From positions 56,718 through 120,717 of the forward strand of contig CAYNLN010000003.1 in NCBI GenBank assembly GCA_964398065.1: a stretch of DNA of 64,000 bases, read 5' to 3'. The DNA is from an uncultured Christensenella sp. (GTDB lineage Bacteria; Bacillota; Clostridia; Christensenellales; Borkfalkiaceae). Under the pieces are notes generated by a model that worked only from the letters and a program-made list of their open reading frames with translations, did not search any database and was not told the DNA's origin. The stretch's first letter is position 1. The number at the start of each line of letters is the position of its first letter. Shown here in pieces: positions 1 through 8,716 of the stretch. A program made the position numbers and the translations under genes.

Positions 1-23
1 TCGACAGACAATATTTCATTCAT
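1..23 (-). CDS. 5' end of an unidentified gene running off the left edge (MNEILSV...)
   Basis: ATG at 21-23 (minus sense) lies 7 nt downstream of AGGAG (31-35, minus sense). Only 7 codons are visible. Confidence 0.25.
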
Positions 24-39
24 AATATATCTCCTTTAC

Positions 40-831
40 TTAAGAGAGAAGTTCGTTTATTATTTTTGCGACTCCGCTGTTGTCGCAACTGTCGGTAACG
101 ATGTCGCATTGCCGTTTTACTTCGTCTTCGCTGTTTCCCATAGCAACGGACAGCCCCGCCGCAGAAAGCATAGGTAAGTCGTTAAAATTGTCGCCTATCG
201 CGACGGTTTTAGATATGTCTATATCGTAGTAATCCGCCAAAACCTTTAACCCCGTACCTTTCGAGCAATTACAATTGACGAATTCCAAAAAATCTATTCT
301 CGACAAACAGCAAGATGCTTTACCCGTTACGATTTCATTCATTTCGCGAACGTACCTACTTGCCGTCGAAGGGTCGTCATACCAAACAATTTTGGTAACG
401 GGATTATTACAAATTTCCGATAAATCGTCTGTATAAACGGGCTCGGTGCACGCAAGTTTTTTGTAAAAATCGATTTTTGCGCAAGGAACTTTGGCGTACA
501 ACGCGTTATTTTGCCAAACGGTAAGCGTTGTGTTTCGTTTTTCACCCTCTCTTATGATTGTCTTTGCCGTATCTGGATCTATCGACAGCGTATAAATTTC
601 CTTGCCGTCCGCTATAACGGTAGCGCCGTTATAAATTATTGCCGAACAATTTTCCTGCCCTAACGCTTCTTGCAAACTTTTTATACCGCTAAGCGGGCGC
701 CCCGTGCAAATTATGAAACGAACGCCGCTTTTTTCCGCTCTTTTTACGGCTGCTATATTTTCTTCGGTAAGTTTTCTTTCGCTATTTAGAAGCGTTCCGT
801 CTACGTCGCACGCGATAAGTTTGTATTTCAT
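40..831 (-). CDS. Cof-type HAD-IIB family phosphatase
   Basis: 263-aa ORF with HAD motif I DVDGTLL near the N-terminus and the GDNFNDLPM motif near the C-terminus. Confidence 0.85.
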   Translation of the reverse strand: MKYKLIACDVDGTLLNSERKLTEENIAAVKRAEKSGVRFIICTGRPLSGIKSLQEALGQENCSAIIYNGATVIADGKEIYTLSIDPDTAKTIIREGEKRNTTLTVWQNNALYAKVPCAKIDFYKKLACTEPVYTDDLSEICNNPVTKIVWYDDPSTASRYVREMNEIVTGKASCCLSRIDFLEFVNCNCSKGTGLKVLADYYDIDISKTVAIGDNFNDLPMLSAAGLSVAMGNSEDEVKRQCDIVTDSCDNSGVAKIINELLS

Positions 832-998
832 AGTTATCTATAACCGCCCAAACACTTGTTACGTGACTATTTTACCTCAAAACACCGAAAAATCAAAGTA
901 AAATACGAGAAAAATCCGTCCGAACGCGAATTTTAGATAAAAAGAATTACGCATTCGAACGGATACCGCGATAAAAAGCGCTATACGAGTTATAAAGT

Positions 999-2447
999 TT
1001 AAATAAGCAAGTATATAAAGCCCGTGCGTTTTTCGTTTACCGCTTTGGTAACCGCACGTTTGAATTTGTTTTTCATTCCGTCGGGCAACACCGAGCATTT
1101 TTTTATGAGTGCGTCGCTTATAACTTCATCCAAACGTCTTCCGAAAACCGTCGCGTCGTAACCTTCGGTTTCCATAAGGTTTACAAAATTTTCACACTGC
1201 TCGTAGCTTCCGAAAACGGGTTCGACCTCTTCTACGATATCGGCACGGATAAGATGAAGGCTTTTCGACTCGACGCGGAGCCTTACGCAATATTGCCCCG
1301 ACTTTTTAACGATTTCGGGTTTATCGACGACGCTTCCTTTAAAATCCGCGTTTACCACACCGTAACCGTCCGACTCGGCGGTATGAAGGGCGTCCTTAAT
1401 TTTGTAATAATTTTTCTTTGCGTCGGTAAGTTCCTTCACGTAATCGATAAGCGCGGCTTCGCTATCGACCGTTTCGCCGGACGCCTCGGACAAAGCCCTA
1501 AAAAACGCACCGGGCTTAGAAAGACACTTTAAAGTAATTTTTCCTGTTGACATATCGGAAAAAGTTTCCGTTACGGGCTCGAAAATTTCCGAATCGTCGA
1601 AAATCGTTTCAAAACTTTCGAGGTCTTTCATTTTGTTTACGTTTTTAGCGCCGATTTTTATTTTCGACAATACTTCGCTCAAAATATTTCCGTTTGGCGA
1701 TAACGCCCGCATCCAGGACGGAATTTCCACATCTATAGTACGCATGGGAAACTCCTCTAAAACCTTGCCCAAAATACTTTCGAGCCCTTCTTTTCGAATA
1801 TTTAAAATATCAGCCGCCATTACGCTGACGCCGTACTTTGTTTGTAAATCTTCGCAAGTCTTTTTTGTCTCGTCGCTACTCGGGTTTTTAGTGTTAAAAA
1901 CAACGATAAACGGCTTATTGATGGACTTTAGTTCAGATATAACTTCTTCTTCACGGGCTTTGTAGTCCTCTCTTTTTATATCCGTAAAACTTCCGTCGGA
2001 GGTAACAACTACGCCCAACGTAGAATGCTCCGAGATAACTTTTCTCGTTCCCGTTTCGGCTGCGTCCTTAAAGGGGACGGGGTCTTTATCCCAAGGCGTG
2101 GTAACAAGCCTTGCCTCGCCGTCTTCCTCGCCGCCTAACGCGCCGTCGACCAAATACCCCACGCAATCTATAAGCCTTACTTTTGCCGATTTACCGCCGA
2201 GGTTTATTTTAACCGCCTCACCCGGGACGAATTTCGGTTCGGTCGTCATAACGGTCTTTCCCGAACCCGACTGCGGCATTTCGGTTACGGCGACGCTTTT
2301 TTTATCGCCGTCCATACAAGGAAGCACTATTTCTTCCATAAATTTAGTAATAAATGTTGATTTGCCCGTTCTTACGGGTCCGACGACGCCTATATATATA
2401 TCACCGCCCGTTCTTTCGGCGATGTCGCCGTAAATATCGTAATCCAT
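999..2447 (-). CDS. spoIVA: Stage IV sporulation protein A (spore coat morphogenetic ATPase)
   Basis: 482 aa. The N-terminus MDYDIYGDIAERTGGDIYIGVVGPVRTGKSTFI contains a Walker A motif. Length and overall pattern are typical of SpoIVA. Confidence 0.9.
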   Translation of the reverse strand: MDYDIYGDIAERTGGDIYIGVVGPVRTGKSTFITKFMEEIVLPCMDGDKKSVAVTEMPQSGSGKTVMTTEPKFVPGEAVKINLGGKSAKVRLIDCVGYLVDGALGGEEDGEARLVTTPWDKDPVPFKDAAETGTRKVISEHSTLGVVVTSDGSFTDIKREDYKAREEEVISELKSINKPFIVVFNTKNPSSDETKKTCEDLQTKYGVSVMAADILNIRKEGLESILGKVLEEFPMRTIDVEIPSWMRALSPNGNILSEVLSKIKIGAKNVNKMKDLESFETIFDDSEIFEPVTETFSDMSTGKITLKCLSKPGAFFRALSEASGETVDSEAALIDYVKELTDAKKNYYKIKDALHTAESDGYGVVNADFKGSVVDKPEIVKKSGQYCVRLRVESKSLHLIRADIVEEVEPVFGSYEQCENFVNLMETEGYDATVFGRRLDEVISDALIKKCSVLPDGMKNKFKRAVTKAVNEKRTGFIYLLI

Positions 2448-2580
2448 ATTTCCTCCGCATAAAAATTTCCTACGTTAACTTATGCAGACAAAAATGCCGA
2501 TTATGATAAACTTTACCGATAACGAAGTTTTTTGCTTTATTAATTTTTAAAAAACTTTTTGAAAATCATTATGTTTTCCG

Positions 2581-2609
2581 TTGACTACCGAAAAATTAAG
2601 TGTTACAAT
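2581..2609 (+). promoter_or_regulatory. sigma-A type promoter for the TPP riboswitch/thiT unit
   Basis: TTGACT (2581-2586), 17-nt spacer, TACAAT (2604-2609). Confidence 0.6.
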
Positions 2610-2614
2610 AAATT

Positions 2615-2734
2615 TAATAACGGGGTGCCTTTTGGCTGAGATTATACCCATTGAACCTAACAAGGTAATGCTTGACGGGGATTATATTAAGGTATTTTTT
2701 CTATTTTGGCGCCCTCTTTACGGAGGGTTTTTTT
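2615..2734 (+). promoter_or_regulatory. TPP (THI-box) riboswitch with intrinsic-terminator expression platform
   Basis: The aptamer carries the hallmarks CGGGGTGCC...GCTGAGA...ACCCATTGAACCT...GGTAATGC...GACGGGGA (about 2615-2686). It is followed by the hairpin CCCTC-TTTA-CGGAGGG plus a T7 run (2711-2734), immediately before the ATG at 2735. Confidence 0.85.
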
Positions 2735-3844
2735 ATGTACTTTAATTTACTTAGTACCGCAACCTGGTACTTATGGCGTTTCGATACGCCTTTGCTGTCT
2801 TTGCGAACGGTAGCCATTTGGCTTACTGCGGCGCTTGTTATAGCGTTTTTCGTTCTTTTTGCCGTTCTTGGCACGGAAAAACGAAAAAAACTTGTAAAAA
2901 GCAGTTTGACCTTTGCCGTTTGCTATGCGTGCACGCTAAGTTTGATTTTTATGGCACTTTCTTTTTCGGAAGACGCCAAAGACGGCGCACTGAACCTTTT
3001 ACTTTTGCTGCCGCTTTCGCTGCTTGTTTTATCGATTTTGGTAACGGCTGTTTTGCTTACCCGTTCAAAAAGCAAAAAAACAAAGCAACTGCTTTTTTTA
3101 ATCACGGGAATATTGTTTATCGTAACGCTTATTGCGATGGGTATTAGATTTTCGAGCGGCGACAGTGCCGAACTTAACGGACTAAACAAAGAAGACGTCA
3201 ATTCCTTGTGGCTGTATGTTGCGGCAATTACCGTGACCGTAATTATTGTTGCGGCGGGCTTTATTTTCGATAAAGGATATAAAGGTTTCGACACGCGCTC
3301 GATAACGTATGCGGGCGCACTTATCGCAATGAGTTACGCGCTTTCTTATTTAAAAATAGTAAGAATGCCCCAAGGCGGCTCGATAACGGTTGCTTCTCTT
3401 TTGCCCCTTATGTTGTATTCTTATATTTTCGGAACCAAAAAAGGCGTTTTCGTCGGGCTTATATACGGACTACTGCAAGCCTTGCAAGACCCGTATATCA
3501 TACACCCCGCTCAGTTCTTGCTCGATTACCCCTTAGCATTCGGCGCAGTCGGCTTAAGCGGAATATTCGCAAAAAACAAAAAACTCGAAAAAATGCCGCA
3601 ACTTAAATTTGCTTTCGGCGCCGTAATCGGCGGGCTTTCGAGATTTATAATGCACTTTTTAGCAGGCGCATTTGCTTTTGCCGCGTTTTCCGGGACGCAA
3701 AATCCGTTTATATACAGCTTTGTCTATCAAGCGGGATACGTGCTTCCCGATATGGCGGTAACTATTGTTGTCGGGATGATTTTGTTAAGTTCGAAATCTC
3801 TTGCTTCGTTTGTAGCCTCAAGGGGGCAAAAACAAACCGCTTAA
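2735..3844 (+). CDS. thiT: ThiT-family thiamine transporter S-component with a roughly 190-aa N-terminal multi-TM extension
   Basis: The C-terminal roughly 180 aa (ITYAGALIAMSYALSYLKIVRMPQGGSITVASLLPLMLYSYIFG...) look ThiT-like, and the gene sits directly behind a TPP riboswitch. I moved the start to the ATG at 2735 (in frame with the track ORF at 2672) because 2672-2734 is riboswitch/terminator. Confidence 0.7.
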   Translation: MYFNLLSTATWYLWRFDTPLLSLRTVAIWLTAALVIAFFVLFAVLGTEKRKKLVKSSLTFAVCYACTLSLIFMALSFSEDAKDGALNLLLLLPLSLLVLSILVTAVLLTRSKSKKTKQLLFLITGILFIVTLIAMGIRFSSGDSAELNGLNKEDVNSLWLYVAAITVTVIIVAAGFIFDKGYKGFDTRSITYAGALIAMSYALSYLKIVRMPQGGSITVASLLPLMLYSYIFGTKKGVFVGLIYGLLQALQDPYIIHPAQFLLDYPLAFGAVGLSGIFAKNKKLEKMPQLKFAFGAVIGGLSRFIMHFLAGAFAFAAFSGTQNPFIYSFVYQAGYVLPDMAVTIVVGMILLSSKSLASFVASRGQKQTA

Positions 3845-3858
3845 ATTGTTAAAACGAC

Positions 3859-3886
3859 GAATAACGGGCTTATAGGCGGACTTTTT
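3859..3886 (+). repeat. dispersed 26-nt motif copy (intergenic; its 3' half forms the thiT terminator arm)
   Basis: gaataacgggcttataggcggacttttt. Confidence 0.85.
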
Positions 3887-3910
3887 GTAAAAAAGTCCGC
3901 CCGATTTTTA
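3875..3910 (+). terminator. intrinsic terminator after thiT
   Basis: GGCGGACTTTTT-GT-AAAAAAGTCCGCC hairpin followed by a T-rich tract. The left arm is the 3' half of a dispersed-motif copy. Confidence 0.7.
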
Positions 3911-4058
3911 TTTTAAAAAAGATAAGTCGATAATTAAAAGAATAATTCCAAACCGAAAACAAAAGTTTTTGTGGCGAATTTTACTTTAATTTCGACGTGT
4001 AAAATGACAATTATTGTATCTATTTTGTAAAAATTCCGCCGCATTAAGCGAATATTAC

Positions 4059-4087
4059 TTGACAAAGAACTTAAATCGTAATATTAT
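4059..4087 (+). promoter_or_regulatory. sigma-A type promoter
   Basis: TTGACA (4059-4064), 17-nt spacer, TATTAT (4082-4087). It lies about 170 nt upstream of the ATG at 4263. Confidence 0.55.
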
Positions 4088-4262
4088 TATAGTAACGTTT
4101 TTCACAACATCTTCACCGTTTTTCGGTTTACATTCACAAAAAATACTCTTTTTTAAGAAAAATCGGGCTTTAGCTCGCGTGAAAACATAAGATAAGGGAT
4201 ACATCTGCCGGTATATTCTTAGAGGGCGCTGTATATATTATTAATAATAAGGAGTTTTTGTC

Positions 4263-5297
4263 ATGAACAATACCAATGACAACAATCAAAACTTTGTTGA
4301 TGCAAACAATGATTTACAAAACAATCAACAACCTAACGTAAATCAACAACAGCCTCAACAACCTCAACAACCTTACGGTCAGCAACCCTACGGTTACCAA
4401 GGTCAACAACCGCAACAACCTTACTACGGTCAACAACCTCAACAGCCGTACGGTTATCAACCTCAACAGCCGCAACAACCTTACTACGGTCAACAACCTC
4501 AACAACCCTACGGTTATCAACCTCAACAGCCGCAACAACCTTACTACGCTCCTCAGCCGCAACCCCAAGTTGTAGTTGTTCAGCAACAAGCACCCGTTGC
4601 AGCACCCGCAACCGAAGCCGAAAAGAAGGCTTACTTCGGTCCTGCTTCCTCATTGTTCATGCTTATTTTCTGTATCGTTTCCACGATCAACCTTTTCACC
4701 GGTCTTATCGGTAATATCGTATCTTTAAACATCGGTAACATCTTACTCGTAATATTCGACATACTTATTACTGCCGGTTTATGGGTTACCTTTGCTAAAG
4801 CTAAAAAGCAAAAAGAAGCCGTCGGCGGTCTTAAACTTATCAAGACGCCTTATACCATTAAGTTCGTCTTCTCGATTTTAGGCTTTGTAGGAAACATAGT
4901 AATCTGGTGCATTACTTTAAACGTATTAAGCCTCGTATTCGGTATCATCTCCTTCGTCTTTTCTTGCATTTGCTTTAATTCGATTAAGAAAACCCTTAAC
5001 GTTGCCATCGACATCAACAACAACCTTTCCGTTAAAGGTAAAAAAGCAGGTTCCTTTGCGGCAATCGTTATGATAATCGAAGCAGTTTTGGCTTTAGTAT
5101 CCGATATTATCGGTTACGTAACCTTAGCGGCTATCGTTGAAGGTCTCGAAGGCACTGCTTTTGAACCTATAGCGGCATTACTCGGCGGTGGCGGCACAAT
5201 CACGTTGGTTGTCGCAATAGTTGCTTTCTTAGCTTCTATCTCCGGCGCTATCGTAATCCTCAGCTTCGGCAAAAAGGTTAAACAAGCTAACGCTTAA
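4263..5297 (+). CDS. Membrane protein with an N-terminal Gln/Pro/Tyr-rich low-complexity repeat domain
   Basis: Residues about 1-100 are QQPQQPYGYQPQQPQQPYYGQ repeats. The C-terminal roughly 230 aa contain about 5-6 hydrophobic helices. AAGGAG lies upstream of the ATG. Confidence 0.7.
   Translation: MNNTNDNNQNFVDANNDLQNNQQPNVNQQQPQQPQQPYGQQPYGYQGQQPQQPYYGQQPQQPYGYQPQQPQQPYYGQQPQQPYGYQPQQPQQPYYAPQPQPQVVVVQQQAPVAAPATEAEKKAYFGPASSLFMLIFCIVSTINLFTGLIGNIVSLNIGNILLVIFDILITAGLWVTFAKAKKQKEAVGGLKLIKTPYTIKFVFSILGFVGNIVIWCITLNVLSLVFGIISFVFSCICFNSIKKTLNVAIDINNNLSVKGKKAGSFAAIVMIIEAVLALVSDIIGYVTLAAIVEGLEGTAFEPIAALLGGGGTITLVVAIVAFLASISGAIVILSFGKKVKQANA
4381..4560 (+). repeat. 3 x 60-nt in-frame tandem repeat (about 90% identical)
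   Basis: 4381-4440, 4441-4500 and 4501-4560 align column by column. They encode the Q/P/Y repeat. Confidence 0.9.
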
Positions 5298-5360
5298 TTA
5301 GTTTTAACTACGCTTAGTCGTAATTTATATTAAATATTTTGCGTTTTTAAGCGTTAAAAA

Positions 5361-5400
5361 GCGCTCTGCAAACAAGTTTTGCAGAGCGCTTTGTTTTTTT
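5361..5400 (+). terminator. intrinsic terminator
   Basis: 12-bp stem GCGCTCTGCAAA/TTTGCAGAGCGC followed by a T-run. Confidence 0.8.
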
Positions 5401-5408
5401 AAAATATT

Positions 5409-5436
5409 AAATAACGGGCTTATAGCCTATCTTTTT
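5409..5436 (+). repeat. dispersed motif copy (overlaps the stop codon of the decarboxylase gene)
   Basis: aaataacgggcttatagcctatcttttt. Confidence 0.8.
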
Positions 5437-6749
5437 ACTACTTTAACATTATTTATATCGTAATAGGTAAAAGCCTCGACGGCTTCTTTTGTTATCACCT
5501 CGCCTACGCAAAGCACGGGCACCGCCGGCGGACACGATACCGAAAGTTCCGCCAAAACCCGTCCGCACGCCTCGGTTACGGGGATTTCTTCTTTTAGGGA
5601 AAATACCGCATCGCGAATACTTAAAGCCCTTTCGCCTACCACCCTACGCGGAGGGCTCGTTGTAATCCCGTCTTTTTTAGGCAGAGTCTTCAAAAGTGCG
5701 CACAGTTTATCGATTGACGATTTTTTGTTTAGCGGGGATATCATAAAGGTTACGTAGTCTTTATCGAAAAACTCGGCATAAACGCCGTGTTTTTCTAAAA
5801 ACTCGGCAACCTCCGTGCCTAAATAACCGTAATTTTTCGGCATTAAAGTAATTTTTAAAGGTTCGTCGCCGCAAAGATCGAATCCGACTTTTTTCAACGC
5901 TTCTTTAACTTCGGAAACGTAACAAACGGTTTTTTTTACTTTTTCGGCGTACTTTTCGGCTAAACCGTTAAATTTATCGAGGGATTCTATTAATAAATAC
6001 GACGGACTTGTCGAAGCAAACAATCTTAAAGCATCGTTTGCATTGTCTAAAAAATAGTCGGGACAATTTTTTCCGAAATGAAGATACGCCGTACCCGTAA
6101 GACAAGGCAAGGTCTTATGTGCGGACTCGATGCAAATATCCGCGCCCGCGTCGAGCGGATGACTTTTGTTATCTACGAATTTAAGATAAGCACCGTGTGC
6201 GTTATCGACGACCAAAAGCGTTCCGTATTTGTGGCAAATGTCTGAAATTTGCGAGATAACCGACCTATAGCCCAAGTAATCGGGTGAAGTAATATATAAC
6301 GCAAGCGGCTTTTCGGCTTTTAAAAAAGCGTCCAACGCAACCAAATTAAGATTTGTCGACATCATATTGTCTTCGTCGCCGTAAAGCCAAACGGGGTCAA
6401 CGCCCGAAAGCGCGCAAGCCGAAATAAAGGAGGAATGAACGTTGCGTGCCGCCGCGATTTTTACAGATTGCATGCCTATGCGACGTGTCGATAGCAAATA
6501 CACTACCGCCCTTATTAGAAGCGATGAACCTTCTACAGAGAAAAACGTCGCACTCGATTCGAATATTTTGCTTGCTATTTTTTCGCTTTGCAAAATAATA
6601 CCGCTCGGCGAATACAAAACATCGGCACCGACAATTTCGGTAATATCGTCTTTTTCGACTTTTCCCGCACCCTTGTGCCCGGGCATATGAAACCGCTTAG
6701 ATATTTTGCGGTATTTTTTTATAAAATCGCAAACAGGGGTTTTTGTCAT
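5427..6749 (-). CDS. Orn/Lys/Arg decarboxylase-family PLP-dependent enzyme
   Basis: 440 aa. The N-terminal FHMPGHKG motif and an internal SAHKTLP (PLP-lysine) motif are typical of this family. Confidence 0.75.
   Translation of the reverse strand: MTKTPVCDFIKKYRKISKRFHMPGHKGAGKVEKDDITEIVGADVLYSPSGIILQSEKIASKIFESSATFFSVEGSSLLIRAVVYLLSTRRIGMQSVKIAAARNVHSSFISACALSGVDPVWLYGDEDNMMSTNLNLVALDAFLKAEKPLALYITSPDYLGYRSVISQISDICHKYGTLLVVDNAHGAYLKFVDNKSHPLDAGADICIESAHKTLPCLTGTAYLHFGKNCPDYFLDNANDALRLFASTSPSYLLIESLDKFNGLAEKYAEKVKKTVCYVSEVKEALKKVGFDLCGDEPLKITLMPKNYGYLGTEVAEFLEKHGVYAEFFDKDYVTFMISPLNKKSSIDKLCALLKTLPKKDGITTSPPRRVVGERALSIRDAVFSLKEEIPVTEACGRVLAELSVSCPPAVPVLCVGEVITKEAVEAFTYYDINNVKVVKR
6255..6273 (+). 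repeat. dispersed motif copy (coding; encodes GYRSVI in the decarboxylase)
   Basis: gataaccgacctatagccc. Confidence 0.65.
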
Positions 6750-6794
6750 AATAATAAATCGGCAATAAAACCGCTCGAAATATAGTTTGTAAGT

Positions 6795-8174
6795 TTAAGA
6801 CTGTTCCTTCGAAACCTCTAACATAATTGCGCATTCGATACGCTTTTTAAAAAGGTCGCAGCCGCTTTTATATACGCCGTTGACAGACCCCGTGGCGTGG
6901 TAAGCGTTCGCCGCACAACCGCCGGCGCAGTATAATTTTGCCCAGCAATTTTCACATTCTTCCCTCGTATAAACGTTACAGTCGGCAAATTCCTTCTGCG
7001 TTTCCCTGCTAGTAACTCCGTCAAAGACGTTGCCCAATTTAAACTTTTCCTCGCCCACGAATTGATGGCAAGGATACAAATCGCCCCAAGGGGTCACCGC
7101 CATGTATTCCGTTCCGCTTCCGCAGCCCGAAACACGCTTGTAAATACAAGGTCCGCCCTTTAAATCTATCATATAGTGATAGAAAGTAAACGGCTTGCCT
7201 TGGCGCCTACGCTCGTCCATAAGCACGGCAAGTTCTTCGTATTGTTTTTTAACGACTTCCCTGTCCTCTTCGGTAAGGGCAGACGGATCGTCTTCTTTAC
7301 AAACGACGGGCTCCATACTGAGCTCTGTAAAGCCAAGATCCAACATCGCCTTAATATCGTTTAGAAAATCGGGATTATGATGGGTAAACGTGCCGCGCAT
7401 ATAATAATTTTTACCGCCGCGCGCCTTGACGAATTTTTGAAACAGCGGAACAATTCTGTCAAAACTACCGTTGCCGTCTTTATCGACCCTGAAACGGTCG
7501 TTAACTTCCTTTCTGCCGTCCAAAGAGAGCACGACGTTACTCATTTCCTTATTGGAAAACTCTATAACGTCATCGTCTATGAGCATACCGTTTGTCGTAA
7601 GCGTAAATCTGAAGTTTTTGTTTTTCTTTTTTTCGATGGAACGCGCGTACGCGACAAGCCTTTTTACGACATCGAAATTCATAAGCGGCTCTCCGCCGAA
7701 AAAATCGACTTCCAAATTGCGCCTCGTTCCCGAATTTTCCACGAGAAAATCGAGGGCGCATTTACCGACCTCGTAACTCATAACGGCGCGGTTGCCGTGA
7801 TATTTTCCTTGACTTGCGAAACAATACGAACAGTTTAAGTTGCAAGTATGGGCAACGTGCAAGCACAGTGCTTTTACGATACCGCTGCTTTTTTGTTTTA
7901 ACTTACCGGCAAGCGGCTTAAATTCATCCTTTGAAAACAACTTACCGTTTTCTTTCAGCGTAGAAATCTCGTCGTATAAAACCGCTAAATCTTCGGCGTT
8001 TTCGTTAGGATATTTTTCTAAAAGTAGGGCTATAAGCCCGTTTTTAGCGGTATTTTCATAACCCGCTATCATATCGTAAGCAATGTCGTCGACAACGTGC
8101 ACCGACCCCGATGAAGAGTCTAAAACTATATCGTATCCGTTTAATTTATATTGATGTACCATTTTTACACGCAA
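6795..8174 (-). CDS. scfB: Radical SAM/SPASM thioether-forming maturase for the SCIFF peptide
   Basis: CNLNCSYC radical-SAM cluster motif and a Cys-rich C-terminal SPASM region (CGSGTEY...CHQF...CENCWAKLYCAGGCAA). It lies immediately downstream of a SCIFF precursor gene. Confidence 0.85.
   Translation of the reverse strand: MRVKMVHQYKLNGYDIVLDSSSGSVHVVDDIAYDMIAGYENTAKNGLIALLLEKYPNENAEDLAVLYDEISTLKENGKLFSKDEFKPLAGKLKQKSSGIVKALCLHVAHTCNLNCSYCFASQGKYHGNRAVMSYEVGKCALDFLVENSGTRRNLEVDFFGGEPLMNFDVVKRLVAYARSIEKKKNKNFRFTLTTNGMLIDDDVIEFSNKEMSNVVLSLDGRKEVNDRFRVDKDGNGSFDRIVPLFQKFVKARGGKNYYMRGTFTHHNPDFLNDIKAMLDLGFTELSMEPVVCKEDDPSALTEEDREVVKKQYEELAVLMDERRRQGKPFTFYHYMIDLKGGPCIYKRVSGCGSGTEYMAVTPWGDLYPCHQFVGEEKFKLGNVFDGVTSRETQKEFADCNVYTREECENCWAKLYCAGGCAANAYHATGSVNGVYKSGCDLFKKRIECAIMLEVSKEQS
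8018..8045 (-). repeat. dispersed motif copy (coding; encodes KNGLIALLL in scfB)
   Basis: ctaaaagtagggctataagcccgttttt (+ strand as written). Confidence 0.75.
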
Positions 8175-8266
8175 AGAAAAAGCCGCCCGAGTGCCGCCCG
8201 TGCCGAAAAATTCGACAAACCGACGGAAAGTAAGGCGACCTATTCTTTTTAATTATTATCCTTTAA

Positions 8267-8419
8267 TTATTTGCTTTCTTTGGAATTCTCGCACTTTTGG
8301 TTAGCAATGCCGCAGCTTGTCTTACAAGCGGATTGGCAAGAAGTTTGGCATTCGCCGCAACCGCCGTTTTTAGCGCTTTCGCAAAGGTTACGCGTTTCGA
8401 TAGTCTTAATGTGTTTCAT
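8267..8419 (-). CDS. scfA: SCIFF (six-cysteines-in-forty-five) ribosomal peptide precursor, 50 aa
   Basis: Hand translation of the minus strand gives MKHIKTIETRNLCESAKNGGCGECQTSCQSACKTSCGIANQKCENSKESK. AAGGAG lies upstream. The gene is not in the ORF track because it is under 60 aa. Confidence 0.9.
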   Translation of the reverse strand: MKHIKTIETRNLCESAKNGGCGECQTSCQSACKTSCGIANQKCENSKESK

Positions 8420-8451
8420 AACTACACTCCTTATATGCTGTTTATATACCG

Positions 8452-8480
8452 ATTATATCACACGACGGAATAAAAATCAA
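8452..8480 (-). promoter_or_regulatory. strong sigma-A type promoter for scfA-scfB
   Basis: Minus sense reads TTGATT (8475-8480), 17-nt spacer, TGA-TATAAT (extended -10, 8452-8460). Confidence 0.6.
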
Positions 8481-8716
8481 CAAAATACGCTTATTCTGCG
8501 CCATTATTAAAGATTTTTCTTTTATTTAACGCCCAAAACCTCGATTTATCGGTAATTTTTTACTTTTATAGCCGACTTTGACTTTTTATAGCGAAGCGTC
8601 GCACCTTTCAAACGTAGGGTTTATTTTGATTGCGAATAATCCCTTGTTTAAAAAACTCTTTAACGAAAGGCTAAGGTATGTAAAAACAAAACGACGACCT
8701 TGCTAACGAGGCAAAA

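Noticed and set aside
601-1000. Additional weak matches to the dispersed motif (for example GTCCGCTATAACGG near 608 and AAAAAGCGCTATACGAGTTATAA near 975; also near 8885, 16150, 41590, 52470 and 57225).
   Set aside because: They match only 9-12 scattered positions of the 26-nt consensus. I left them out of the count to avoid inflating it, and a PWM scan should decide.
2672-2734. Track start codon (ATG at 2672) for the thiT-like ORF.
   Set aside because: This stretch is the 3' part of the TPP aptamer plus its terminator hairpin. The in-frame ATG at 2735, directly after the T-run, is the sensible start.
8271-8510. 79-aa + strand ORF from the track.
   Set aside because: It is antisense to the SCIFF precursor gene (8267-8419, minus). 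That gene has a textbook promoter, RBS and family-defining sequence.
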